The notes below the pieces were generated by a model that worked only from the letters and a program-made list of their open reading frames with translations, was not told the origin of the DNA and did no database searches. Shown one piece after another: positions 42,997 to 56,591 of a DNA stretch of 64,000 nt (position 1 is the first letter of the stretch; each line of letters begins with the position of its first letter). A program made the translations under genes and the position numbers. The DNA is from Paramecium tetraurelia (Eukaryota): contig CT868585.1 of NCBI GenBank assembly GCA_000165425.1, positions 124,001-188,000 of the forward strand, given 5' to 3'.

Positions 42997-45525
42997 ATGT
43001 TAATCATCATTTTGTTAAATTTATAAGTTGCAGTATACACGCGTTATGCAACAACACAGGTAAAAAATACTGTAGCCTTTAAATAATATAAACTTTATAC
43101 AAGTGAGACCTCAGTATTTAAGGCAGGACATTCAATAAATTTAGAATAAAATCTCATTTTAGAAATCAGATAAGAAAACATTGATTAAGTTGATATTCAA
43201 ATCTATGATGAGGCAAATAAACACTTTAGAATACCATCAGATCCTGTAATAGAATTCACTTATAATAGCCTTTCAACTATAATGATGTGAAGGATCCTTA
43301 ATAATTTAATTCTTATGATTATGACATAAGAGTATAGTTCAATCCTATTGTGATTCAAGTACAAAGAGATAATGCTACAATTTTTACAATAACTGATTTA
43401 ATCTTTAGTGAAACATATATTGAATTCACTCATATTCCACAAAATAAATAAATGTGGGGTTTGGGAGAAAGAAATTAAGTTGGATTTCGTTTCAAAGAGG
43501 GAATCTACACATTATTTGCAAGAGACGAACCCAATATAATAGAAAATGGAAAACGACCAGGAAAACATGTATATTCTAGTCACCCCGTTTTATTAAGTAT
43601 GGAAGAAAGTGGGAAATTCAATGTGATGTTCTACAAAACATCATCTCCCATGGATGTGCATTATGAAGAGGATAAAATGAAATTCATAACCATAGGTGGA
43701 ATCATCCATGTAAAATTATTTTTGGGTGACACTTCTCCCAGATCTGCAATTAAAAAATATCATAAATATTTGGGTGGTTGGATGCTCCCACCATTTTGGG
43801 GATTTGGATTTCATCAATGCAGATGGGGATATAAAAATAGCAGTGTTTTAATAGATGTTGTATAATAGTATTAGAAAAATCTTATACCAATTGATATAAT
43901 CTGGACTGATCTTGACTATATGGATGATAGATAAATATTCTCGGTTGATAAGCATAAATTTCCAAAGAAGGACTTTTAATACTTAAAAGGGTTGGGTGTC
44001 AGATATATTCCATTGTTAGATGTGGCTGTTGGAGTGAAATATGGAAGTGAAGATGAAGGCTACAGAAAGGGAACAGAGTATGATGTTTTTTTATATTCTC
44101 CATATACTGGATATCGATTTTAGGGATATGTTTGGCCTGGCGATTCCTATTTCCCTGATTTCTTTCATCCAAATATCAGTAAATATTGGAATGAGATGCA
44201 TGAACATCTATATGAATAAGTGGAATTCGATGGTCTATGGGTTGATATGAATGAACCAGCTAATTTCTGTGAAGGAGAATGTGATTGGAGTAATCATCTT
44301 AGGGATCACCCTAAAAAAGAAGACAAATTGAATAATGAAATCATCTTTCCATACATCCCAGGATAAATACCATTGGCTAATAAGACATTGCCTCCTCATT
44401 TGTTACATCATGGCCAATATTTACATAAGGATGTACATAATCTCTATGGAATCATGGATTCTTACTATACTTATTAAGCTCAAAAAGAATTGGGGAAGGT
44501 GCAGCCATTCCAAATCACCAGATCTACATTTCCAGGTACTGGTAAATATGCTTAACATTGGACAGGAGATAATGGAGCATCATGGGATTTCCTTTATTTA
44601 TCGCTGGGACAAGTATTTTAATTTTAAATATTCGGAATTCCAATGGTCGGAGCTGATGTTTGTGGCTTTATGGGTGACACAAACGATAAGCTCTGTTGTA
44701 GATGGATTTAGCTGGCCTTCTTTTACCCCTTTTTCAGAAACCATAATAATGATTTATCGAAACCATAAGAGTTCTACAATCTTGGCTTTCATGTTATTCA
44801 ATCTGCTTAAAAAAACATCCATCTCAGATATACATTATTGAAATGGTTTTATTCTGTTTTTATTAGAGAATAAAATCATGGCTCAAGTATATTATAATAA
44901 ATAAATATTAGTAATAAATCCCTTGTTTTTCATCTTCCCTGAGGACTATCTTACATACAGAGACTTTGTAATGGACACTCAATTGTTGATAGGAGAGGAG
45001 TTGATGGGTGCCCCAATTCTCGAAGAAGGAGTTACTAGAATTGCATATTTCCCAGATTCGAACTGGTATGATCTCATTACTGGATTGGAATTGAAGGGCA
45101 AATAAGATCATACTCTGTATTGTTCATACAATGAAATAGTTCCAATATTTTTAAGAAGTGGATACCTAGTGATACAAAATACAAAAGAAATGATTAAAAA
45201 TCTTAAATCTTTAGATAATCATTATAGAATTATTGCAGCTCCATTAAACCAAGAAGCAAAAGGAGTATTCGCAGATTTAGATAATTTTGAAGATGAAGAA
45301 AAGGCACTTGAAGCTGAAATTATTAATATAAAATTAGCAGTTGAAGAGAAGAGTATAAAGATTACGATTTCTTAAAGTCACTCAGAATTATTGATAGATG
45401 AGATATTGATTTACGGTTTAGAATGTTCATACAAGTAATGCACGTCTGGGTATTATAAATACAACTCAGTATTCAAAGGTCCATTTAGTTTGGGACAAGA
45501 TAAAACAGAATTAGTGCTAAAATGA
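42997..45525 (+). CDS. glycoside hydrolase family 31 (alpha-glucosidase)
   Basis: PPFWGFGFHQCRWGY, catalytic GLWVDMNEPANF, HWTGDN, GADVCGF, PFFRNHN; signal peptide. Confidence 0.95.
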
Positions 45526-45594
45526 TTTATGTTGTTAAATATCTAGATTTACTTTATATTTTTAATGAAGATGTTTTTATTAAATAAATATATA

Positions 45595-47237
45595 TCATCT
45601 TTTATGGTGTTTCTTATGATGTCTATCCTTTTTGTGTCTGTGCTTTTTGTGTTTCTTTCTTTTAGATCTACTCCTGCTGGAATCAGAAGATGAATCCGAT
45701 GAAGAATCACTGTCTGAATCAGAAGAACTGCTGCTTTCAGGTACCTTTTATTTGACCTCAACCGGTTTTGTAATCGGGACTTAAACCAATTGTGTTGGTT
45801 ATTAGATTTATTATTGTTGTTGAGGTGGTTATGATTATTGTTCAGTGATTCCCCACCTTAATTCCTCTTAGAACTTTTCAACATAAGCATAATCAACTAA
45901 TTTTAATTTGAGTTTTTCATTTTTATACTCAAATACCTTATTACGGTCACTGATTAATCTTTTAGCATCTCTCTCATTTTCATATCTAACAAATGCTACA
46001 TTTCTGGTATTACCTGTTTGACGATCAATTGGAATTTTCAATTCCTTTATCTTGCCTTCCTTTCTAAATAATTCCATCAATTCCAAATGACTAGCTTTTT
46101 CTGGTAAATTCTTTATCAGAATCGTATCTTCAATAGCTCCAGACAATGTTGCTTTCAACTCTTCTTGACTCATCTTCCCTTTGTTTATACGCTCCAACTG
46201 TCTCAAATCATTACGCAACTTATCAATTTTATCCTTCAACCACTTCTTACAATCGTCATAAGATATTAACACTTAATATATTCTAGTACTCTTAGCAAAC
46301 TTAATCTTGTCCTCATTAGCCAATACCACTGGTAAATGGGGTTCAACAAATTGCTCATTATGAAAAGTGCCTCCCTTGGAACCCAAATCAACCAAACACA
46401 CTTGTGATTAGTTATTGACAAAAATGGCTGCATGTCTTCTGGAAATAGAAGGATGAGCCAAATGAACATGATTTCTTTGATGAGATCCAAAATATAAGAA
46501 TGCTGAATGTTTCATCTCTATTTTGGGCAAGTTCTCTCCCTCTATTTATTAATTTAATATATTTACCTTTCAAAACCTTCAACTCCACCTTCGGAATCAT
46601 TTTTGACTCTTATTCAATTGGTAATGTCATCAATAACCACTTGTCTTGATCCTCATAATTATTAATGTCAGTTCTGATTTGCTCAAGCAATCTTCCTATT
46701 TGGTTGTCACCCTTCCCATCTACTACTCCCCAAAACTGGTTGCTCGGAGTAGAGTGAGTAAATGTATGAAACAATTTATAGTTATTTGTGGCTCTCAACG
46801 AATCTCGAATATCAGCATTCCTCCTGAACTTGTCTCTTAACAATACCTCCATTATTCGCAGTCTTTACTTCGTCCAATGCGGTGGATCATCTATATGTTA
46901 GGCTATCTGATAAACTTCCTAAACTGATTATGCCTATTTCACTCAAAAATTATAATTACATTCACAAACTTCTATCTCATTTCCTCATCTTAAGTTCTCG
47001 CAGATTAATACGCAGCATATACAGAATTATAAATTAACCCCTATTTTTATTAATTCACTGCTCTACCTAATAATAAACAGCACATGGATATTCATTTGCT
47101 AAAAATTCAAATTGATCCGTAAAGGATTCTATTCTTTCCATCCGCTACTTTCGAAACAGAAAGTCAGCCTGCTCTTCGTATCTCTAGAGCTCTGCTTAAA
47201 ATTAGGCATTCTTTTCCATTTAAGCATAAAGAGACAT
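45595..47237 (-). CDS. NADAR (YbiA-like) - FHA - RRM fusion protein with Ser- and Lys/His-rich tail
   Basis: FLANEYP...YQSAR...KFRRN...FWG...GDNQIGRLLEQIR (NADAR); HPSISRRHAAI...DLGSKGGTF (FHA); IKNLP...VAFVRY (RRM). Confidence 0.85.
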
Positions 47238-47809
47238 CCTAATAAATATTTTATAATGATAATTATTTTATATATGATATTTTCATATCAATTTTTCATT
47301 AATTTCAAGACTTTTTTATGATAACTTTTCTGAAGTTTTAAAACATATATCTAAATCTTAATTTCAAATTTTAAATAATTTTAATAAGGCAAACTCACTC
47401 ATTTTTTACAAATTATATAATCCACTCTATAACTTATAATAATGAAGTCCATTAGGGTAATAGTAAGATATCCAACGAATTGGATATATTATTTTATTAA
47501 ATATCTATGGAATTTAACTGAAATATATTCCTATAGGATTTATAAAAATAAACAAAGTGCTGAAAGAATATAAAAAAGAAATTTAAACCCTTAAAATAGA
47601 TGGTTATTTTGTAATATATAAATCAAAATGAAAGCATATTTTTCATTAGTGACAAAGAAGTTGAAATATACTACAATCAAATATTGAAATTATTGTACAA
47701 GCCTTAAGTTTATCATAATAAACCTAAATTTGCCTTTAAATTGAGTATTTCAATTTATATTTATCAATAGAGATAGCAATGAATTATTATAGATGATATA
47801 AATTGGAAA

Positions 47810-49165
47810 TCATTCCAAAATCATCATCGAATCTATTATATAATCAATTGGGAGATCCCTACTATGTATATTAAAGATTTTAGCTTTAAATTATTCACTA
47901 CCATCTATTGTTTTTATATTTTGATATTGTCTTAGATATTTAGAATCTAGTTATTTTTAATATTCGTGATTAATAGAAAGTTTAGCATTTTATTTTACCT
48001 ATTTTATCACTTATTACTATTTAACTGGTTAGGGTTATTTTTTAAAAGACTCAACCTTCTATTTTTGAGCTTCTTTAAATTATTTAAGAGGTTATTCTAT
48101 CTTTTTATGCTCCTCGTTTAAAATTGCTTTTTCTCTATTTTATTTTTAATATCTTAAGATTTGCTAGTTTCTTCTGATTTTAAATGTTTTTTTTGAGTTT
48201 CACCTTCTCCAGGATCTTATCGATCAGCAATGAATTCCTCTCCTAAATCTATGATGGATTTGTTGATGGAGATAAGTTTCTTGATAAAATTTTAGTAAAC
48301 CGGCAAATTTCTAAAATGAATATTGGACTTAGGATTCTGGATCCATTTATTTAAATTGTGGTTAATTCTATCTTTAATTTGATCATCTGTTCATTAGGAA
48401 GTGGATTTAATTATATCTCTAGTTAATAGTAAATGATGGCATTTACCTTTACTTTCTTAATAGATATTCTTTATTGGGAATTTGAATTCCATTTTCTTCA
48501 CATCTTTTTGTCATACAACAAACTCTTGTTTTGGAATTTATTGATTTGAAATAAGAGTAATATGCCTAAATTTAGTTTCTTTTACTTATCCAAATTATAA
48601 TTTAAGCAATTTATAGGTTTGAGTCTATTCTAATTGATAGGATTTCTCTCCTTCAACAACAGCCAATACCTAAGCAATTGCATAACTCTATTCTTTTCTT
48701 CTGAAGAGATTGGGTTCATTGATTTTAACAAAAGTTCCTTCAATAACATTATCACAATAATGCTTCATCAAAAGGTAGTAAATTTGATCTCTTTTAAGTT
48801 GTGCATTTTGGATCAATTTAAAGTAAGTGTCTAATTGCTCATTATTGGGTTCTACAATGATGGGTTTCTCTTCAACTTTCTACTGAAATTGCGCCTCTTC
48901 TTTTTGAAATTCATTCTCAGATTATAAAGAGTCAGATGACTCGGAATCACTAGAAATCTTCTCTAGATTCACTTTTAAGTTTAAGGATTTTATGTCTAGG
49001 AATTTGTCAAGAGAATTAATCTTTTGTATTCTTCCTCCTCTTTTTATTTTCTAATTCTGCCCAAGCCTTCTCCTTTTCTTACTCTGTTTTGGCTTTCAGA
49101 AACATAGTTTGTTGGGCTGGAGTCATCTCATTGAAATTATACAGAAGATTTTACTATTTAGACAT
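47810..49165 (-). CDS. hypothetical protein
   Basis: MSKQQNLLYNFNEMTPAQQ...; long code-6 frame, ends MMILE-TGA. Confidence 0.65.
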
Positions 49166-49177
49166 ATTTAATAATAA

Positions 49178-50890
49178 TCATTTTTTATTTGGTTTATTCA
49201 ACTTCTTGGCATTCTTGTCCTTAGCTTAAGCTCCATATTTTTATTTCAATTTGGCTGTCACCTCCTAATCGATATCATCTTCAATTTCACCATCACTAAC
49301 ATCATCATCTTCCTTGTCTTGAATTCTAACTCTAATATTTCTACTAACATTCTCTGGTTTGATGTCTACAATATAAACAATAATATTAAACTGTTATCTC
49401 TTAAATTCAAATTGATAAATTAATCAATATGTTCCTTATTGAAATCCTTCCAAGTCTATTTGAAATCCTAAGCACGATAAGAGGCATCATTCTTAATCAA
49501 TTGCAAGATGAGTTTCATCTTCTCAACAACCTAAGCTAAACCCTCAACTAAAGTGTCATCAGAAATCACAATATTAGGTTTTCCTTCTAATTTAAAGAAC
49601 TCCAATTTCTCATACAAATGTTCAATACCAGCCTTGACATTAACTAATATCTTCTGAACTCTCTCATATTTCAATTTAGTCCTTTCACATTTGTTAATAG
49701 CATTATTGACATTGTTTTCAATCTATAATACAATATTTAATTTACTTCATCAATTTACTTTCTGGTTAATGCTTCTCCTCCCTCATACTTTAAATCATTT
49801 AAATGATCCCTCAATTTCTATCTTTCAGTTACTAATTACTCTATCTTATCCTAATATTCTCCCTTAAGATCACTCAAAGATTTGCTAGTCTCATCCTAAC
49901 TAGTAAACTTCTAAATGATATCATTAACATCTCTGAATCCAGTAGCTTCCTTCAATTTATGAAATGCCTCTTCATAATCAGCCAACTTCTATTTCTAGAT
50001 ATTTGTATCCACATTCGGATTAGATGACTCCTGGATAGGAATATTGGATGTATTATATTCCACCTAAGTCTATACATTATCCTTTTCTCTTTTCTCCAAC
50101 TTCTATATAACCTTCTCTCTCTCCTCAATTGCCTTTCTCTTTGCATCCAAATATGTCTTTCTTAATTCTCTCACTGCTGCCTTCTTGTGTTCATACTTCT
50201 TCAACTCAGCCTAAGCCAACTCCTTTGCATGAGTGGCATCGTGAGCCAATAACAATAGCTCCTCATAATCATGCTCCTTTCCTTTCAATGATCTTTCAAT
50301 AGCTGCTAATTAATTATCATATCCAACTCTTTCTTCCTTCAATCTCTTCACTATTTGTTCATATGTTTTTCTAATTGATTATGCCTCATTATATTTGATC
50401 ATCACTTTATCCAAGTTATTTTCCAATATTCGAATTTATCTCATCAAAGGTGATTCTTCTGGAACTCCAAATTTAGTGTCACTTACTTCATTCAATTTGT
50501 CCTGCAACTGAATCAATCTTTCTTTTTTGGCTTTTGTTAAGTGTTTGGCATCATCCAATTTACGTCTCCAATAATTCTCATCTTTTATGTCTCCAGACCA
50601 AGATATGAATGCCCCTTATGTCTTTGCTAAAGAAGCACTTGCACCCTACTATTTGCAAACTCTTATACTCTTTTATTTGCAATTAATTCATCTTACAGTT
50701 TCTTTAAATCCCTATTCTCTTTTTTTAATTGTTCAATGATTTCATTGTTCTTACGCTTTGTCTCTTCAGCGTTATTATAAAAATTCTTTCTATCAGCATC
50801 AAGAAGCCCAGATTTTTTTATTTAATGTTCCAACTCTTCCTCAATTGAACGAATATTTTATTAACTCTTTGCTGTTTAAACTCTTGACAT
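49178..50890 (-). CDS. CCDC151: outer dynein arm docking complex coiled-coil subunit (ODA-DC1/CCDC151-like)
   Basis: IRILENNLDKVMIKYNEAQSIRKTYEQIVKRLKEERVGYDNQL signature; several short introns. Confidence 0.8.
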
Positions 50891-51758
50891 TTTTAATTAA
50901 ATTTATAAACATATATTCTCAATTCACATTTCATTCAAATATATATCTTATTGGGAATAGATTGGATCATTAAATCCTTGGCATCTTAAATCTGGAACTT
51001 GAATTATTTTGATTGAATTTTATTCAAATTCAAACATACAAATGCTTCTTCGTATTATGTTATGTGGATAAATTCAGTAATTTACATTTGTCTATCATTT
51101 ACAGACTCAAAAAAATAATTTAAAATCAGCTCTAAAATACACTAATGTGAGAGTTAAAAATTATAAAAATAAAATTTAACCAAAAATTCTTTCTTTATAG
51201 GATTAGATTGTTATTCCAAAGATGTTCGAATGATTTCTATTTAATTTAGACCTTTATTTGAGGGAGAACTTATTAAAATACTTTAAAATCTAAATTAATA
51301 CATCAGTATAAGACCCCTTATGGTTAGTAAATAATAAAATGATCTTATTTTAACAAACGTATAGGAACCTTTGAGATTATAGTAACTGTTTCTAAATTGA
51401 AATCTTTCAGCTTTATTTTATCATAAAAAAGATTTAGTTGGGGTGGATTGATTGAGAATATAATGAAATTCTCTTTCTTTTGGGTGACCCAATTGATGCA
51501 GTTATTGAATAATGAAGCGTAGGTGAAATATAAATTTAGTTTATCCTAATTTTAGTATTATTTTAGATATTCAATAAAATGTTCGATTCTAAAGATAATA
51601 TTCATTTTCTTTTTTGATTTATTCCTCCTTCATCATATTGATCACTTATGTTGTGGAGAGGAACTAGAAGTTGGTGGGATATAATAACTTCCAGTATTCT
51701 TAAACAATTAAGAGTTTTTCAGTTGAAAGGTCAATAAAATTTATTTAAAATTTGAATA

Positions 51759-54700
51759 ATGAGCCGCGGCAATGAATTAGACGATCTGCTTTTCAAAAGA
51801 AGGGATTAAAACTCAAAGTAGGGAGAAGATTTGAAATAGATTATAGAGAATATTCCTTATCCTCATGCAGATATAACGATAACTTCTTATAGTGAATTCT
51901 CAGATAACACACCATAAAAATATCTCCATAAATTAGTGCACACAGAAAATACAGAGGTTTAGCCTCAGAAGGTTCGAAGAAATCGAACTTAAGTGGATGC
52001 TTATGCAACAGATAGCGAAGTTGAACAAAGGGAGTTGAAATCCTTAAAAGTAGATTAAAAAAGAAAACCTCTTCAATAACAACCAATAAATCAATAGGAA
52101 ATCAAGCCTCCTTTGGTGCCTCAATAATAACAACAATTATAAGATTTCTATGCATCAGGAGGATCTTACTTGGAATCAATGACTCCATAACGAATGAATA
52201 AAATTGTAGATTGGTCAAAGTAACATGTAACACCAGGTGATGCTAAAAATATCTTCCCTTAAGTAATTGCTCCAAGCATTGAATTTTCAAATGAAAACTC
52301 TCTATCTCTTTAATTTAAAAATGTTGATCCAGAACCTAAGAAACCATAAATTCTGTCTCATTAAAATCAAAACACTTAAAACTCTCGCCTAGAAAATAGA
52401 GTATGGGAAAAATAGAAAAGATACATGGAAAACGAAATATAAGGAATGAAGAAGTAATAAAGAAAATTAGAGAATGAAAATTTAGTATTAGCTTAAAAGC
52501 TTGAAGAATAGGAAGAGTTGACTAAATTAGTTTAAGAAAAGCATAAGGATTATTCATGTTTAGAAATATTAAGAGGTAAATATCTAGAAGTGGCGAAGTA
52601 GTAAATTAAATAATTGAAGTAATAATTGGATTCAAAAGATTAGAAATTAAGAGACTTAAATGAATAAACAAAAGGAATGATTGAAAATGAAAAAAGAATG
52701 CAGGAGGCCATAGAATTAGAACTAAGAGAATTGCATGCTTAATTGGAAATCAAAGATCAAATGGTTAGAGCTCTAAAAAATCAATAAAATAATGAAGATA
52801 ATGAGAGATAAAAGGCTTTACAAGAATATGAGAAGACCATGAGTGATGGCAATAAATTTATTGCTAAATTGAAGAGCTAGATTGAAACTTAAATGAAAGC
52901 CTTGGAAGAGAAGGAATCAATAATTACATCATAGGAAGCTTAGATTTAAAATTTATAAGTCAGGCTATTAAAAGAAACTGAGTATAGAAAGTAAGATGAG
53001 AAAGTAATTAACGAATTCAAGTCTAAAGAAGCATTGCTCTATTAATAAGTGACTGGTAATACTATACCAGAGGTACATAATAGGGCTATGGAGGAACTAT
53101 AAGCAGAGTGCATCAATTAAAAGATCTTGATTTCTTAGCTATAAAGTTAATTAACCTAATAGATGTAAATGTATCAATTATAACACGTGAATTCCAATTC
53201 TTATAAGGAATGTGAGCAATGCAAGTTATGCAAAGATGAATTAGCAAATATTATATAAGAATGTTCTTTAGAAGAGGAGGCTAAAACTATAGATGCTACT
53301 CAAAGTATTGCTCAGATTGCCAGAGAAGTTGTTACTCTATTGTTAACTAAGCAGAGGGAATAAATAGATCATGCATTTTTATAATATGAAGAGTAAATTA
53401 AAGAATTAACTTAATAAATTGATTATTTTAAGGAACAAAACGATGAGGTTATGTAAGAGAATCAAAAGATTTCTGATTAAATTTAAATGGTATTGGAGAA
53501 GAAGGAAGAATAAGAATAATAGATATTTGAAGAATATGAGAAACTAAGATAAATGAATTAAAATCTTTTATCAGAAAATAAAACTCTTAAATTAGAATTG
53601 GAACAAGTTAAATTGTAACTGAGAAATGAAACTTAAGCTCATTCTAATGAAATCTAATAATTAAAAAATGAAATTTAAAATAATAAACAATCTCTCTTAT
53701 AAGCTAAGTAAAATGAAACTAAATTGGTTGTCCAACAAAGCCAAATGAAGAGCGAAGAAAAGATGCTGATTAATTAAGAAATGGAAAATATGAAAACACT
53801 TTTCTAAAACCAAATTCAAGAACTTTATAATAAACTTCACAACTAAGATGAATAAATTTAAGAATTAACAAAGGAACTATATTCGAAAAAAAAATAAATC
53901 GATGAAATGCAACAATAATAATCTTCATCCATCAAGAAGTAAAAGAAAGAAAAGGAATAGAAAGAAAGCAAAGAATAAACTCAGCTTAAGACTTACGCTT
54001 AACAATTAAGTGATCTTAATGATGAGAAGAGTAAACTTTTATTAAAAATCTAACATTTAGAACAATAATAAACCTATTAAACTAAAAGATTAGATGAAGA
54101 AAAACATGATAGATTGGAGAAATTAAATTAATAAATCAAAGAAAAGGATAAAAAGAACATAGATCTTTATAATTAAAACAGAACTCTTTAATCTTTATAA
54201 AAAGAGCTAGATGACTAAATTTCATCAATGAAGGATGAAATTGAAAAGTAAAAAAAACAAATACAACTAAAAAACTCAGAAATTAAATAGTTATTAGATT
54301 AAAATAAATAGTTATAGGACAAGAATTAAGAAATTAACAACAGATTAAGTTTGCTCTAATAATAAATGAACCAATTTGAAAGTGAAATTAAGCATTATGA
54401 ATAGAGTCCTTAAATACCAGAAAAATTAAGATCTCAAGCTTCTGTTAGAAGCTTTGATAAAACTCCTCATGCAGTCATAGAATTAGTTGAAGGATTCAAT
54501 CAATACTAATAGGAATTTTATCATTTAAAAAAAATGTTTACTGAGAAATTAAAGGCCTAAGAATAAGTATTTATTTACTTTATACATAGAATTTAACATC
54601 CCTACAGTAAGCTAATCAGTAAATCACTTAATAAAATATTAAATTGATTCAAGAAAATAATGCATTAAAGGATGAAATATCATCAGCTAGTCATGGAAAA

Positions 54701-55153
54701 AATTATGAAGATAGAGGATCAGCCTAGACTGGGGATTCTCTTAATATACGCTCCTTCTTAGATCATGATCATAAAAAGACCCTCCCATGCAAAACACCTG
54801 AATAACATTTTTCTATAGTTGAATTAGTTTAACCAGAAATTATGTCAATCGAGGATACTGTTATGATCTTCAAAGAAATCTTAAGGAGGTCAGTCAAATC
54901 AGTAGAAATGATTAAAATGATTTGTCCCTTGCCCGAAATTAAAGAATTACTTATGATCATTTTATAAGTAGAAGAAAAAATGCAATAACAAAATTAAACT
55001 ACTGCAAATAAAAAATCTAAAATCATAAATTCTATCTTGGGAGCATCAAACATTAAGATGATAGATTAATCTAGAAAAAAGAGTGCCTGTGGAGGAATTA
55101 GAGTTAAATAAAGTCATAGAAGTGAAACAGGAGTAGTTGAATTTTACGAATGA
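51759..55153 (+). CDS. large coiled-coil protein
   Basis: About 1100 codons of E/Q/K heptad-rich sequence; short introns near 51818 and 54567. Confidence 0.75.
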
Positions 55154-55518
55154 TTTATTAAGAGATTTTTTTATGAAATTTTCTTTAAATTTATAATGAA
55201 GAAGATTTTGGATAATTTTAGCCATAATTGTCATTTGATATTTAAATATTTATCAAAATTATCAATAATTAGTAGGTTTTGGAGCAAAAAGACAACTAAG
55301 ACTAATAACTTTCAATTAATTTGTCAGTTTGCTTTAAAGAAGTTTTCTTAGACATAAACCTAACTGATTGCTTCCATGATGTGAGGAAAAGAATTTATGC
55401 TCTAATAGTTAAAGCAACTTCATCCAAAAAATAATATAATTTATTAATTAAAAGGATTATAAATATAAAGTGAAGATTAGTATGAATTTTATATTAATTT
55501 AAATATATATATTAAGTG

Positions 55519-55793
55519 ATGGAGCAAAAGCATTTGATGGTATACTATTATGAATAATATATAAGAGATATTTCGTTGAAGAATAATAGACATTACATAG
55601 AGCAGCTGCAGTTTATGGTTCTGGATTGGCTATGCAATTAAATTTAGAGAGAAATATTTTAGGAGCTCCAGGATAATAATCATATATTCATTTAGAGATT
55701 GCAATGAATAAATTGAATGATATAGATGAATTAGATTTTATGGGAAATAAGAAATTTGAATAAGAATACGTGAAAGGATTTTAATAAATATGA
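55519..55793 (+). CDS. UMP1: proteasome maturation factor UMP1/POMP-like
   Basis: VYGSGLAMQLNLERNIL...SYIHLEIAMNKLNDIDELDFMG; 26-nt intron. Confidence 0.65.
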
Positions 55794-55833
55794 ACATTAG
55801 TATTAAATAAAAATTGGAATTTTTTAGTTATTA

Positions 55834-56583
55834 TCATAATAATCTCAAGGATTTTCTAAGCTGTGTAAGATCTGTGTTTATGTGTTCTTCAAAATAAACA
55901 TTCATAATAAATTCACTTCTATTGGCCCTTTTCAAAATTTCAGGTAAAGTTTCTAATAATTTTTGTTTTTCCTAACAATTTAATTTGAATGACCCAACAA
56001 ATGCACTTAAGGTTGCTGATGGTAATCCAAGTTAAGCCATTTCATACCATTTCACAACAATTTCATCATAGACACTTACGTCATACATGAGTAGCACATG
56101 TATAAAATCATGGATCTTTAGTTTATATTAAAGGATTATACTTCTTTATATCTTTGATAGACATATGCCAATTCCAAATCTGGAATATATTTAACTATTG
56201 GTCTTTCACTGCTAGAGAAGTCTCTATCCCTCATAAATTTTCCATATTGATAACTTTATATTAAAGATGAATGCTACCCAAAAGTATTTTGATTCAATTT
56301 TAACAACTCTTCTACTTTGAATGTTTCAGGTGTAACTCTGGGTTTATCAATTAATATTCTCTAACCAACGGGATGCTGAAGCATTCTTTAGTGGATGTCC
56401 TTTACACAATAATACCCTGATAATTCTCCCAATTAGGAGAGATGATTTCCACTTAATAAAAGGTTGTTAAGTAATTTACTTTAAAGGGTATTTATAGGCA
56501 TTTATAGCACATTGAAAGAGAGTTGATAAGCGTTCAAAATTATTTTTTAAGGGTTTGTGATTATTAATTAAATCTCTTAGCAT
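55834..56583 (-). CDS. COQ4: ubiquinone biosynthesis protein COQ4
   Basis: [33 protein letters not shown]...[16 protein letters not shown] (HDxxH-x11-E). Confidence 0.93.
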
Positions 56584-56591
56584 TTTAATTA

